Below, in pieces: positions 19,829-29,667 of a stretch of 64,000 nucleotides of DNA. The notes beneath the pieces were generated by a model, which saw nothing but the letters and a program-made list of their open reading frames with translations, was not told where the DNA came from and made no database searches. The stretch spans positions 48,952 through 112,951 of IMG/VR virus record IMGVR_UViG_3300046787_000327, one strand, 5' to 3'. Each line of letters starts with the position of its first letter. Position 1 is the first letter of the stretch. The position numbers and the translations under genes were made by a program. The stretch comes from a virus.

Positions 19829-22800
19829 ATGAGTTACGTAGGCTTACACGTACACACCCACTATTCCCTCTTTGACGGAATCGCTACTCCAGAAGAATAC
19901 ATTGACCGTGCAGTTGAGTTGGGGATGCCAGCAATTGCTATCACCGACCACGGTACTTTATCTGGGCATAGGGAACTGCACCGTATTGCAAAAGCGAAGG
20001 GTATTAAGCCTATACTTGGTGTAGAAGGCTATATGTGTCAAGATAGATTCGATACAAGAGATAAGTCTGAAAGAGACGGAGACCTTGATCTAGTCTACAA
20101 CCATATAGTCCTTCTCGCCAAGAACCAAATTGGTTTAGAGAACCTTAACAAGATTAATGAGATTGCGTGGACAGAAGGCTACTTCAAGAAGCCACGATTC
20201 GACTTTGAAATCTTGGAAAAGTATTCAGAAGGTATTATTGTTACCTCTGCTTGTCCAAGTAGCGTACTTGTAAAGGCACTTGAAAATAATGAGTTTGCCA
20301 TTGCTAAGAAGCATATTGAATGGTTTAAACGAGTATTTAATGATGACTACTACATTGAAGTTATGCCACACAATGAGGCAGAGATTAATAAGCAGTTAAT
20401 TCAATTGGCTGATGAGTTTGGAGTGCAGGTTGTCGTTACACCTGACTGCCACCATAGTTCAGTCGATCAGAAGGAGATTCAAGAATTTAAACTTCTGTTA
20501 AATACGCATGTCAAAATAGACAAAGAGCATACCTTTGAAAAGTCTAAGAAGTATACAGACATGATGGAACGCTTGGATTACCTATACGGACATGATCGTC
20601 AGATCACATTTAACGAGTTTGACATTCACCTACTCTCTTATGAGGAGATGAAGTCTGCTATGGAAGCCCAGGGTATTGACCGTCCAGATATTTACTCTAA
20701 CACACTTGCTATCGCTGAAAAAGTTGGGGACTATGGAATTCAGGAAGGTCTAGACCTACTACCAGTACAATACAAGCACCCAGATAAAGAACTTAAAGAG
20801 TTAGCCCTTGCTGGACTCACAGAGCGAGGTGTAGACTCACAAGAATATCTAGATAGATTAGATGAAGAACTGCAAGTAATTAAGGACAAGAAGTTTGCAC
20901 CGTACTTCCTAGTTGTTCGAAGCATGATTAACTGGGCTAAGAAGGAAGACATCATGGTAGGTCCTGGTCGTGGATCTGCTGCAGGCTCATTGCTTTGTTA
21001 TGCACTTGGTATTACAGATATTGATCCAATCAAGCATGGACTACTGTTCTTCCGATTTATTAACCCAGACCGTAATGACTTCCCTGATATCGATACTGAT
21101 ATTCAAGATACTCGTCGTGAAGAGGTTAAAGATTATCTAGTTAGACAGTATCGACATGTTGCATCTATTGCTACATTCCTTTCTTTTAAGGATAAGGGTG
21201 TTGTACGAGATGTTGCACGAGTGCTCAACATTCCACTTACAGATGTTAACAAGGTTCTAAAACTTGTAGATACATGGGATGACTTCTGCACATCTAAAGC
21301 AACTAGAGAATTTAGAGAGAAATATCCAGAGGTAGAAATTTATGGAGAACAACTTCGTGGTCGTATTAGAGGCACTGGCATTCACGCTGCTGGTGTTGTC
21401 ACTAGTAAAGACCCCATCTTCCGATTCGCACCAATGGAGACACGATCTTCTACTGGTAGCGATGAGCGTATCCCTGTTGTTGCTGTGGATATGGAAGAGG
21501 CAGAACGGATTGGCCTAATCAAGATTGATGCTTTGGGTCTTAAAACTCTATCAGTCCTTAAAGATACACTAGATATCATTGAGGAACGAGATGGAAAGAA
21601 AATTGACCTTCTCAAGATTGATATGGATGATGCCAATGTTTATCAAATGCTTTCTGACGGGTACACAAAGGGTGTATTCCAGTGTGAAGCAGCACCATAT
21701 ACAAACCTGCTAGTTAAGATGGGTGTAAAGAATCTTGCAGAATTAGCAGCATCAAATGCTTTGGTTCGTCCAGGTGCTATGAATACAATTGGTAAAGACT
21801 ACATTGCTATTAAGCATGGTCGTCAGAATCCAAACTATAAGCACCAAATTATTAAATCCTTTACTGCAGAGACATACGGATGTATTCTCTATCAGGAGCA
21901 GGTTATGCAGGCTTGTGTGGCATTGGGTGGCATGTCTATGACTGATGCTGACAAGGTTCGTAAGATTATTGGTAAGAAGAAGGATGCAAAAGAGTTTGAT
22001 GTGTTTAAGGATCAGTTCATTAAGGGTGCTTCTCAATACATTAGCCCTAATGTTGCACTAGACCTATGGCATGACTTTGAGGCTCACGCAGGGTACTCAT
22101 TTAACAAGTCACACGCAGTAGCATACTCAACACTCTCATACTGGACAGCATGGTTGAAGTACCACTATCCACTAGAGTTTATGTACTCACTACTAAAGAA
22201 TGAAAAGGATAAAGATGCAAGAACTGAATACCTCATTGAAGCGAAGCGTATGGGCATTTCGATTAAACTGCCACATATTAACGATTCGGATATTGATTTT
22301 AAAATTGAAGGCAAGGGTATTCGGTTTGGGTTATCAGGAATTAAGTTCATCTCTGATAAAATTGCAGAAAGATATCTTGCTGCTCGCCCGTTCGTATCCT
22401 ACAAAGAACTTGAAGAGTTTACCTTTACAAAGGGTAACGGGGTTAATTCTAGGGCTCTTCAAGCACTAAGAGTTGTGGGTGCAGCAACCTTCCAGGATAA
22501 TCCTAGAAATGATGCAGAGATTAAAGAGAATCTATACGAGTACCTAAACCTACCTGAGTTCAATATCTCAGTTCCTTCACACTACCACGCTTTCATAACA
22601 GAGGCTGAGGATTATGAGGAGAAGGGGTCCTTTATTCTCATGGGAATGGTGAAGGGAATTAAGCGAGCAAAAGGCTGGGCTAGAGTAGAACTCCTTGATA
22701 AGACTGGTAGTGTTGGAATCTTTGATGATGAGAACACAACTATTGAGGCTGGAAGTTCGTACATTATCCTTGCCAATGATAACAGAATTGTTTCTGCAGT

Positions 22801-23101
22801 ACCTGTAGATCAAATCAAGGTATCGGATGCAGCAATGATTAAGTTCTTAAACTATAAGATGTTGCCATATAAAGATGATGACATGTTTGTAGTTTCATTT
22901 AAGTCAAGAGTTACAAAGGCTGGCAAGAAGATGGCCTCACTAACTCTTGCAGATGCTTCAAGAGGTCTTCACTCAGTGACTGTGTTCCCTACAGCATTTG
23001 CAAAGGCATTCATGAAGATCGAAGAAGGCAATACCTATAAGTTTAGTTTCGGAAAGACTAAAGATGGAACAGTTATATTGGAGGATGTAAATAATGCTTG
23101 A
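19829..23101 (+). CDS. dnaE: DNA polymerase III alpha subunit
   Basis: PHP domain LHVHTHYS/AITDHG; GPGRGSAAGS; PDIDTD catalytic motif; YSFNKSH. Confidence 0.97.
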   Translation: MSYVGLHVHTHYSLFDGIATPEEYIDRAVELGMPAIAITDHGTLSGHRELHRIAKAKGIKPILGVEGYMCQDRFDTRDKSERDGDLDLVYNHIVLLAKNQIGLENLNKINEIAWTEGYFKKPRFDFEILEKYSEGIIVTSACPSSVLVKALENNEFAIAKKHIEWFKRVFNDDYYIEVMPHNEAEINKQLIQLADEFGVQVVVTPDCHHSSVDQKEIQEFKLLLNTHVKIDKEHTFEKSKKYTDMMERLDYLYGHDRQITFNEFDIHLLSYEEMKSAMEAQGIDRPDIYSNTLAIAEKVGDYGIQEGLDLLPVQYKHPDKELKELALAGLTERGVDSQEYLDRLDEELQVIKDKKFAPYFLVVRSMINWAKKEDIMVGPGRGSAAGSLLCYALGITDIDPIKHGLLFFRFINPDRNDFPDIDTDIQDTRREEVKDYLVRQYRHVASIATFLSFKDKGVVRDVARVLNIPLTDVNKVLKLVDTWDDFCTSKATREFREKYPEVEIYGEQLRGRIRGTGIHAAGVVTSKDPIFRFAPMETRSSTGSDERIPVVAVDMEEAERIGLIKIDALGLKTLSVLKDTLDIIEERDGKKIDLLKIDMDDANVYQMLSDGYTKGVFQCEAAPYTNLLVKMGVKNLAELAASNALVRPGAMNTIGKDYIAIKHGRQNPNYKHQIIKSFTAETYGCILYQEQVMQACVALGGMSMTDADKVRKIIGKKKDAKEFDVFKDQFIKGASQYISPNVALDLWHDFEAHAGYSFNKSHAVAYSTLSYWTAWLKYHYPLEFMYSLLKNEKDKDARTEYLIEAKRMGISIKLPHINDSDIDFKIEGKGIRFGLSGIKFISDKIAERYLAARPFVSYKELEEFTFTKGNGVNSRALQALRVVGAATFQDNPRNDAEIKENLYEYLNLPEFNISVPSHYHAFITEAEDYEEKGSFILMGMVKGIKRAKGWARVELLDKTGSVGIFDDENTTIEAGSSYIILANDNRIVSAVPVDQIKVSDAAMIKFLNYKMLPYKDDDMFVVSFKSRVTKAGKKMASLTLADASRGLHSVTVFPTAFAKAFMKIEEGNTYKFSFGKTKDGTVILEDVNNA

Positions 23102-23417
23102 TAACATGGCAGTTGAGTTACACAAGAACGCAGTAGTAAAGGGCTTTTGGCCAGAAGCAGAAGATGTTGATGACATCTTTGTTGCAAAGCAATTGATGAT
23201 GATCGTGTCAGAAGTTGTTGAGGCAATGGAAGCAATTCGTAAAGATAAGGGTGAGGAAGAGATCACTGCAGAGTTTGCAGACATTCTCATCAGAACTCTA
23301 GACCTTTATGCAGGAATTGTTGAAGCAGGGTATACTAGATTATCTCTAGATCATGTATTGAAGCAGAAGTCAGAGTTCAATAAGACTAGACCAGAGAAGC
23401 ATGGGGTTCGATTCTAA
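23094..23417 (+). CDS. MazG-like NTP pyrophosphohydrolase
   Basis: SEVVEAMEA...EFADILIR, all-alpha NTP-PPase motif. Confidence 0.85.
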   Translation: MLDNMAVELHKNAVVKGFWPEAEDVDDIFVAKQLMMIVSEVVEAMEAIRKDKGEEEITAEFADILIRTLDLYAGIVEAGYTRLSLDHVLKQKSEFNKTRPEKHGVRF

Positions 23418-24430
23418 TGACTGTAACAATTGAAGATGTATTGGCTCAACTTAATCCTAAGTTGCGTAAGACTATTATGTCTGGTGATTCTATTCCACCA
23501 ACAGAATATGCAATTACCCCTAGCGTGGGCTTAAACCGTGCTCTCAATGGTGGACTTCCATACGGTAGACAAGTCCTTATTTGGGGGTCAAAGTCCTCTG
23601 CAAAGTCCTCTCTATGCCTTCAGATGATTGGTCTAGCACAGAAGGAAGGAAAACTCTGTGCATGGATTGATGCTGAAATGTCATACGATAAGTCTTGGGC
23701 TGAAAAACTTGGGGTAGATACTTCAAAGTTAATCGTATCTCAGTGCAGAACTATCAATGAAATGGTAGACATTGGCACTAGCCTAATGCAGGCAGGCGTA
23801 GACATGATCGTGGTTGACTCAATCACTTCCTTGCTTCCAGCCATTTACTTTGAAAAGGATTCAGATGAACTCAAGCAACTTGAAAATACAAAGCAGATTG
23901 GTGCAGAGTCACGAGACTTTTCCAATGCTTGGAAGATGATTAACTATGCTAATAACAAGGTTAAGCCAACTCTTTTTGTACTCATTAGTCAGAGTCGTAA
24001 TAATATTAGTGCTATGTATACTAGCCAGCAGCCTACTGGTGGTCAGGCTACTAAGTTCTATTCATCAACAGTTATTAAACTGTTCTCGTCAGAATCAGAT
24101 AACCAAGCAATTAAGGGGAAGATACATGTTGGGGATAAACTCATTGAAGAAAAGATTGGTAGAAAGGTACGCTGGGAACTTCAGTTCTCTAAAACATCTC
24201 CTGGCTTCCAATCTGGAGAGTATGACTTTTATTTTCGTGGCGATGATGTCGGCATTGATAGTATTGGCGATCTGGTGGACACGGCTGAGTTAGCAGGTCT
24301 TGTAAATCGTACAGGTGCTTGGTATCAACTAGAGGATGGCACAAAGGTCCAGGGTAGAGAAGGATTTGTCAACCGTGTTAAGGAAGACCTTGATCTGCAG
24401 GAGAGCCTACGAAAGCAACTCAATGGCTAG
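23417..24430 (+). CDS. recA: RecA/UvsX-like recombinase
   Basis: GGLPYGR, WIDAE, IVVDSI, GGQATKFYSS, GAWY; Walker A variant GSKSSAKS. Confidence 0.92.
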   Translation: MTVTIEDVLAQLNPKLRKTIMSGDSIPPTEYAITPSVGLNRALNGGLPYGRQVLIWGSKSSAKSSLCLQMIGLAQKEGKLCAWIDAEMSYDKSWAEKLGVDTSKLIVSQCRTINEMVDIGTSLMQAGVDMIVVDSITSLLPAIYFEKDSDELKQLENTKQIGAESRDFSNAWKMINYANNKVKPTLFVLISQSRNNISAMYTSQQPTGGQATKFYSSTVIKLFSSESDNQAIKGKIHVGDKLIEEKIGRKVRWELQFSKTSPGFQSGEYDFYFRGDDVGIDSIGDLVDTAELAGLVNRTGAWYQLEDGTKVQGREGFVNRVKEDLDLQESLRKQLNG

Positions 24431-24599
24431 TTATACAGTCTATAATGGTCAATTTCTATGTCATGTCTGCAAGGTAGAAGTCAAAACACTAAGACTTTAT
24501 CCAGACACTAAGGTTGCAACTTGGATGTGTAAGGATAAGCACCTTAGCACCGTAAGTTTTAATAAGCGAAAGAGGAGTGATTTTGAGCGAGAGGAGTGA
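24423..24599 (+). CDS. Small Cys/His protein
   Basis: ATG 24423 overlaps the recA end; CHVC...CKDKH. Confidence 0.55.
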   Translation: MASYTVYNGQFLCHVCKVEVKTLRLYPDTKVATWMCKDKHLSTVSFNKRKRSDFEREE

Positions 24600-24870
24600 G
24601 TCAAAGCGCTTCGGCGCAAAGCAACACAAGAACTCAGGACGAAACACTCACAAGGGGGATGCTACTTGGAGAAACTTTACAGTTGACTTCAAGGAGTACC
24701 CCAAAGGTATTACCATTAGCAAAGAGATTTGGGCTAAGGCTGTTACTGATGCTATCAGGAATGGTAATGATCCAGCAATATTTTTGGTACTGGGCGAGGG
24801 TAATGCCAAGGTAAGACTTGCAGTAATAGAGGTAGACATGCTAGAGCAACTAACTGAGGAGGAATCATGA
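24577..24870 (+). CDS. PD-(D/E)xK nuclease / Holliday junction resolvase-like
   Basis: NSGR...KGD...VDFK pattern. Confidence 0.65.
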   Translation: MILSERSESKRFGAKQHKNSGRNTHKGDATWRNFTVDFKEYPKGITISKEIWAKAVTDAIRNGNDPAIFLVLGEGNAKVRLAVIEVDMLEQLTEEES

Positions 24871-25172
24871 CAGAACAACAAACAACTTTAGAGATGGTAA
24901 ACGGTCTTGCAGAGATTGCAGACTTTATGGAAGACGAGGAGTTGACTCAGGCTTTATCATTCATTGCTAAGATTATTATTAAGCCAGATATTCCTACACA
25001 GGTGGCTACGATTGAGATCGTACGCCTGCAGGCTATTGCAGCAAAGATGTCACTCAAGGCAACCTGGATGGCTAATGTAGATAAGTCTGACAGAGCAAAG
25101 AAGAATCTTTACTTTACTTCGGCAGAAGCAATCAATAATCTTGTGTCTGCCCTCAAGTACATCACACGATAA
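24867..25172 (+). CDS. Hypothetical protein
   Basis: GAGGAGG SD; 101 aa, helical. Confidence 0.65.
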   Translation: MTEQQTTLEMVNGLAEIADFMEDEELTQALSFIAKIIIKPDIPTQVATIEIVRLQAIAAKMSLKATWMANVDKSDRAKKNLYFTSAEAINNLVSALKYITR

Positions 25173-25208
25173 TCTGCTATACTTATACTAATAGAAACGA
25201 GAAATTAA

Positions 25209-26006
25209 ATGACAAAAAGTTTATTACAGCAGGTTATGTTAAAGAGAGCAGAGCAGCGGGAAAGTTTTGTAGACACCAAGGCTCTAATCGATAAAATTAA
25301 TTCTGGGTACACTATCAATAGAATTGATAAGCACACACAGAAGAAAACTTTTGCTCCTTCAACAATTGCATACTCTCATGGAGAGTGTCCTAGATATTGG
25401 TACTTGGCCTTTGATGGTCAGACCTTCGAAGACAATGCAGATGCATACGGCGCAGCGAACATGACTGCAGGAACGAAGTCTCATGAAAGAATTCAGGAAG
25501 CCATGGCCAATGTGCCAGATGGATTCTTGGTTGACTCAGAATTTAAGATTACTTATCCTGATCCACCAATCTTTGGGTACGGAGATGTAATGCTTAACTG
25601 GGAAGGCGAAGAACTTCTTGGTGAAATCAAGACAATGCTTAATGAAGGATTTGAGTATCGCAAGGCAGCAATGAAGCCAAAGACTGGCCACCTCATTCAG
25701 TTGCTTATCTATATGAAGATTCTAAAGAAGGCAAGAGCAGTTCTTATTTATGAGAACAAGAACAATCATGAACTACTGGTTTTGCCAGTAGAAGTAAACG
25801 ATCATTACCGTCGGTGGGTAGACCAGGCATTTGATTGGATGCGAGAAGTTCGTAAGGCATGGGTAGATAGAACCATTCCTAAGAAGAACTATAGATCAAA
25901 TTCAAAGATCTGTAAAACTTGTCCAATTCAAAAGGCTTGTGCATCAGCAGATGCAGGAGACATTAAGATAAATTCTCTGGAGCCACTGAAAGATGAAACA
26001 CTGTAA
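25209..26006 (+). CDS. Cas4-like / RecB-family exonuclease
   Basis: ECPR...H...GD...GEIKT...QLLIY...CKTCPIQKAC (four-Cys Fe-S staple). Confidence 0.85.
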   Translation: MTKSLLQQVMLKRAEQRESFVDTKALIDKINSGYTINRIDKHTQKKTFAPSTIAYSHGECPRYWYLAFDGQTFEDNADAYGAANMTAGTKSHERIQEAMANVPDGFLVDSEFKITYPDPPIFGYGDVMLNWEGEELLGEIKTMLNEGFEYRKAAMKPKTGHLIQLLIYMKILKKARAVLIYENKNNHELLVLPVEVNDHYRRWVDQAFDWMREVRKAWVDRTIPKKNYRSNSKICKTCPIQKACASADAGDIKINSLEPLKDETL

Positions 26007-26277
26007 CTGGTGCGATAAGCAATTTGAGACTGTAATTAGTTATCAGATATACTGCTGTGCAGAGTGTCGTGACTCAGCAACAAAAGAAAAGATCGCTATG
26101 CGATACATACATATGCGTCGTCAAAAGAGGAAGGGTAAGGAACGCAAGTGCAAATCTTGTGGGAACAACCTTTCAATCTATAATGATGAACCTCTATGTA
26201 TGGAATGTGTTATCAATCCAGTAGATGTAAATAAAACGCTTAAGCAGATAAAGGGGCTTGTTAATGGTAAAGAATAA
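25993..26277 (+). CDS. Zinc-finger protein
   Basis: Multiple CxxC pairs. Confidence 0.65.
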   Translation: MKHCNWCDKQFETVISYQIYCCAECRDSATKEKIAMRYIHMRRQKRKGKERKCKSCGNNLSIYNDEPLCMECVINPVDVNKTLKQIKGLVNGKE

Positions 26278-26854
26278 GTGGGGTGTTGAAATACAACCTG
26301 AAAGAATATGTGCCATTGATGCTAGTACCAATAGTCTCGCCTATGCAACATTTCATGATGGGCACCTTAAAGAGGTTGGAAAGATCAACTTTGAGGGCAA
26401 AGATATCTATGAAAAAGTAATTGACGCAGGCAGAAAGTCTAAGGGGCTGTTTGAGCATATTGTTAATGTAGATGCAATTGTCATTGAGCATACAGTATTT
26501 ATGAACAGCCCTAAGACTGCTGCTGATCTTGCACTAGTGCAGGGAGCACTTCTTGGTGCAGCGGGTCAGTCTGGGATCAGAACTATTGGTAAGGTAGCAC
26601 CTATTACTTGGCAAAACTTTATTGGTAACAAAAAGATCTCAAAGGATGAGAAACTTTTTATTAAGTCTCAACACCCTGGAAAATCTGATTCCTGGCTGAA
26701 GGGCTATGAAAGAGAACTGCGAAAGCAGAGAACTATTAACTTTATCAACATTCAGTATGATAAGGCTATTACTGATAATGATGTGGCAGATGCTTGTGGC
26801 ATTGGTCACTGGGCTGTAAAAAACTGGGGCAAAGCAATCGGAGTTGACAAATAA
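26264..26854 (+). CDS. RuvC-like Holliday junction resolvase
   Basis: CAIDASTNS, IVIE, DNDVADA (RNase H-fold acidic residues). Confidence 0.8.
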   Translation: MVKNKWGVEIQPERICAIDASTNSLAYATFHDGHLKEVGKINFEGKDIYEKVIDAGRKSKGLFEHIVNVDAIVIEHTVFMNSPKTAADLALVQGALLGAAGQSGIRTIGKVAPITWQNFIGNKKISKDEKLFIKSQHPGKSDSWLKGYERELRKQRTINFINIQYDKAITDNDVADACGIGHWAVKNWGKAIGVDK

Positions 26855-26858
26855 TACT

Positions 26859-27014
26859 ATGGCTGCTAAACTATATACAAGTGAAGCCTTTATGCGTAAG
26901 AGATATCTTATGGATAAGAAGACACCAGAGGAGATTGCAAAGGAGTGCGGATGTACAGTAGAAACTGTTTATGTATACCTTGCAAAGTTCGGTTTGAGAA
27001 AGAGTAAAAGATGA
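26859..27014 (+). CDS. Small HTH protein (not in ORF track)
   Basis: Hand-translated 51 aa: MAAKLYTSE...KTPEEIAKECGCTVETVYVYLAKFGLRKSKR. Confidence 0.7.
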   Translation: MAAKLYTSEAFMRKRYLMDKKTPEEIAKECGCTVETVYVYLAKFGLRKSKR

Positions 27015-27133
27015 ATAGACTTAAGAAGGCTTTGGTTGTTTCCACAATCGTTGGAGCAGTCGGAATTAGTTATGCCCTATACACACTTCGGGGCCTACCA
27101 GAAGCATTTGATTGGGTGGATGAAGATGAGTGA
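27011..27133 (+). CDS. Small membrane peptide (not in ORF track)
   Basis: 40 aa, one hydrophobic helix, overlaps both neighbours. Confidence 0.5.
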   Translation: MNRLKKALVVSTIVGAVGISYALYTLRGLPEAFDWVDEDE

Positions 27134-27368
27134 AAATTTAAACATTACGGTTGATCAAGTTAATCACCCGTCACATTACACTACTGACCCATCTGGTGTT
27201 GAGTGTATTCAGATTACTCGCCATCGTAATTTTAATATTGGCAATGCCTTTAAGTATCTTTGGAGAGCAGGCCTTAAGGATGAGTCTAAAACTATCCAAG
27301 ATCTTGAGAAGGCAATCTTCTACATCAAGGATGAGATTAATAGACTAGAGGGTAAGTATGACAACTGA
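27126..27368 (+). CDS. DUF3310 family protein
   Basis: VNHPSHY...ECI...GNAFKYLWRAGLK...DLEKAIFY. Confidence 0.85.
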   Translation: MSENLNITVDQVNHPSHYTTDPSGVECIQITRHRNFNIGNAFKYLWRAGLKDESKTIQDLEKAIFYIKDEINRLEGKYDN

Positions 27369-27891
27369 AGAAGAGTTAGTTAAGCATCTTGACCAAGTAA
27401 ATTTGGTTGTTGAAGAATATTTAAAGGGCAATGACCCAACACAGATTTCAAAGCAACTGACTATTCCAAGACAAAGAGTTGTTGCGTATATTGATGAGTG
27501 GAAGGTCAATGCATCTAACAATGCTGCTATTCGTGCTCGTGCAAAAGAAGCACTCGCAGGTGCAGACCAGCACTACGGCATTCTGATTACAAAATCTTAT
27601 GAAGTTATTGATGAAGCATCTATGACTAATAATCTTAGTGCAAAGACTGCTGCAATTAAACTTGTTATGGACATTGAGTCTAAGCGTATCGATATGCTTC
27701 AAAAGGCTGGACTACTTGAGAACAAAGAGTTGGCTGATGAAATGGTACAGATCGAAAAGCGTCAAGAAGTTCTTGTTGGTATCCTTAAAGATATCGCATC
27801 TACTCACCCAGAGGTAAGAGACTTAATCATGAGAAGATTATCTTCTATCTCTAAAGAAGATGAAGTGATTACGGTAATCGCTGATGTTTGA
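27358..27891 (+). CDS. Terminase small subunit (putative)
   Basis: N-terminal HTH followed by helices; coupled to terL. Confidence 0.6.
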   Translation: MTTEEELVKHLDQVNLVVEEYLKGNDPTQISKQLTIPRQRVVAYIDEWKVNASNNAAIRARAKEALAGADQHYGILITKSYEVIDEASMTNNLSAKTAAIKLVMDIESKRIDMLQKAGLLENKELADEMVQIEKRQEVLVGILKDIASTHPEVRDLIMRRLSSISKEDEVITVIADV

Positions 27892-29653
27892 TGATTTTCT
27901 AGAGGCACTTAAAGATAATAACTTTAAGGAGATGCCTGTCAATGCTAAGACATTCGTTGAGGGTGAAGACTATCTAGGTCAGCCACCACTATCAGATGTC
28001 CAGTACGACATTGTAGAGGCCATGAGCCAGATCTACAAACTAGAAGATGTGATCGAAATTCTGGGGGAAACAGAGGGAACTCGCTACTACAAGAAGTATA
28101 CAAAGAACGAAATCATCCTACAACTTGGTAAGGGATCTGGTAAGGACTTCACATCTACAGTAGCATGTGCATACATTGTATACAAACTACTATGTCTAAA
28201 GGATCCAGCAAGATACTTTGGAAAGCCATCTGGCGATGCTATTGATATTATCAATGTGGCTATTAACGCACAGCAGGCTAAGAATGTTTTCTTTAAGGGA
28301 TTCAAGACTAAGATTGAAAGATCACCGTGGTTTGCAGGAAAGTACAATGCCAAGGCTGAGTCGATTGAGTTTGATGATTCTATTACGGTTTACTCTGGTC
28401 ACTCAGAGCGTGAGTCCCATGAGGGCTTGAACCTTATCCTTGCAGTACTCGATGAGATTTCTGGTTTTGCACAGGAAGTTGGAACAGGTAATGAGCAGGG
28501 AAAGACTGCTGACAATATCTATAAGGCATTCCGTGCTTCTGTAGACTCTCGTTTCCCAGACCTTGGAAAGGTTGCATTGCTATCCTTCCCTCGTTATCCT
28601 GGAGACTTTATCTCTCAAAAGTATGATGATGTTATTGCTGAGAAAGAAGTAATTAACTACACTCACAAGTTTATTATGAATCCAGATCTTCCAGAAGATG
28701 CTACTGGCAACTCTCTTGAAATCAACTGGGATGAAGACACAATTGTATCTTACAAGTACCCAGGGGTGTTTGCACTAAAGCGTCCTACATGGATTGTTAA
28801 CCCTACAAGAAAAATTGATGACTTTAAGTTAGCATTCTACACAGACCTTGGCGATGCTATGCAACGCTTTGCTTGTGTTCCTACATACTCATCCGATGCT
28901 TTTTTTAAGCAGATTGAGAAGGTTCGCACATGCATGACACTGAGGAACCCACTTGATCAGTTTAGAAGATTTGATGAAACCTTTAAGCCAGATCCAGATA
29001 AGACATACTATATCCACGCCGACCTTGCTCAGAAGCATGACAAGTGTGCAGTAGCAATTGCACATGTGGATAAGTGGGTAAATATTCAGGTAATTAAAGA
29101 TTACGCACAGGTAGCACCAGTAGTTGTAGTAGATGCAGTTGCATACTGGGAGCCAAAGGTAGAAGGTCCTGTAAACCTTTCAGAGGTCAAGCAATGGATT
29201 CAAAACCTTCGTAGACTTGGATTCAACATTGGTATGGTTTCATTTGACCGTTGGCAGTCATTTGATATCCAGAATGAATTGAAGCAGGTTGGAATGAGAA
29301 CTGAGACTGTTTCTGTTGCTAAAAAGCACTACGAAGACATGGCCATGCTTGTGTATGAGGAAAGACTTGCAATGCCAGCAATTGATCTTTTGTTTGAAGA
29401 GTTGACAGAACTTAAGATCATGAAGAATAATAGAGTTGACCACCCACGAAAATCCTCTAAGGACTTAGCGGATGCTGTGTGTGGGGCAATCTTTGGGGCA
29501 ATATCACATACCCCTAAAGACAATAATCTTGAGGTAGAGATTCATACTTTTAGGGATAGACCTAAAGTTGACAGCCCTATGTCAGGTGTGATAGAATATA
29601 AACCTATGCCAGATGATGTAAAAGATTATTTGGATAGATTCAATCTAATATAG
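27884..29653 (+). CDS. terL: Terminase large subunit
   Basis: Walker A GKGSGKD, Walker B AVLDE, nuclease IHADLA...SFDRWQ...DHP...KDLADA. Confidence 0.92.
   Translation: MFDDFLEALKDNNFKEMPVNAKTFVEGEDYLGQPPLSDVQYDIVEAMSQIYKLEDVIEILGETEGTRYYKKYTKNEIILQLGKGSGKDFTSTVACAYIVYKLLCLKDPARYFGKPSGDAIDIINVAINAQQAKNVFFKGFKTKIERSPWFAGKYNAKAESIEFDDSITVYSGHSERESHEGLNLILAVLDEISGFAQEVGTGNEQGKTADNIYKAFRASVDSRFPDLGKVALLSFPRYPGDFISQKYDDVIAEKEVINYTHKFIMNPDLPEDATGNSLEINWDEDTIVSYKYPGVFALKRPTWIVNPTRKIDDFKLAFYTDLGDAMQRFACVPTYSSDAFFKQIEKVRTCMTLRNPLDQFRRFDETFKPDPDKTYYIHADLAQKHDKCAVAIAHVDKWVNIQVIKDYAQVAPVVVVDAVAYWEPKVEGPVNLSEVKQWIQNLRRLGFNIGMVSFDRWQSFDIQNELKQVGMRTETVSVAKKHYEDMAMLVYEERLAMPAIDLLFEELTELKIMKNNRVDHPRKSSKDLADAVCGAIFGAISHTPKDNNLEVEIHTFRDRPKVDSPMSGVIEYKPMPDDVKDYLDRFNLI
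29568..29597 (+). promoter_or_regulatory. SigA-type promoter inside terL for the surface-protein gene
   Basis: TTGACA-18 nt-TAGAAT; AAGGAG SD before 29668. Confidence 0.6.
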
Positions 29654-29667
29654 AAATAAGGAGCAAA

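Noticed and set aside
25209-26006. CRISPR-Cas system suggested by the Cas4-like gene
   Set aside because: No cas1/cas2 or effector genes and no repeat-spacer array; solo Cas4-like nucleases are common in phage recombination modules.
19829-29653. Inteins or introns in DnaE, RecA or TerL
   Set aside because: Lengths are ordinary, motifs are contiguous and I saw no splice-junction motifs.
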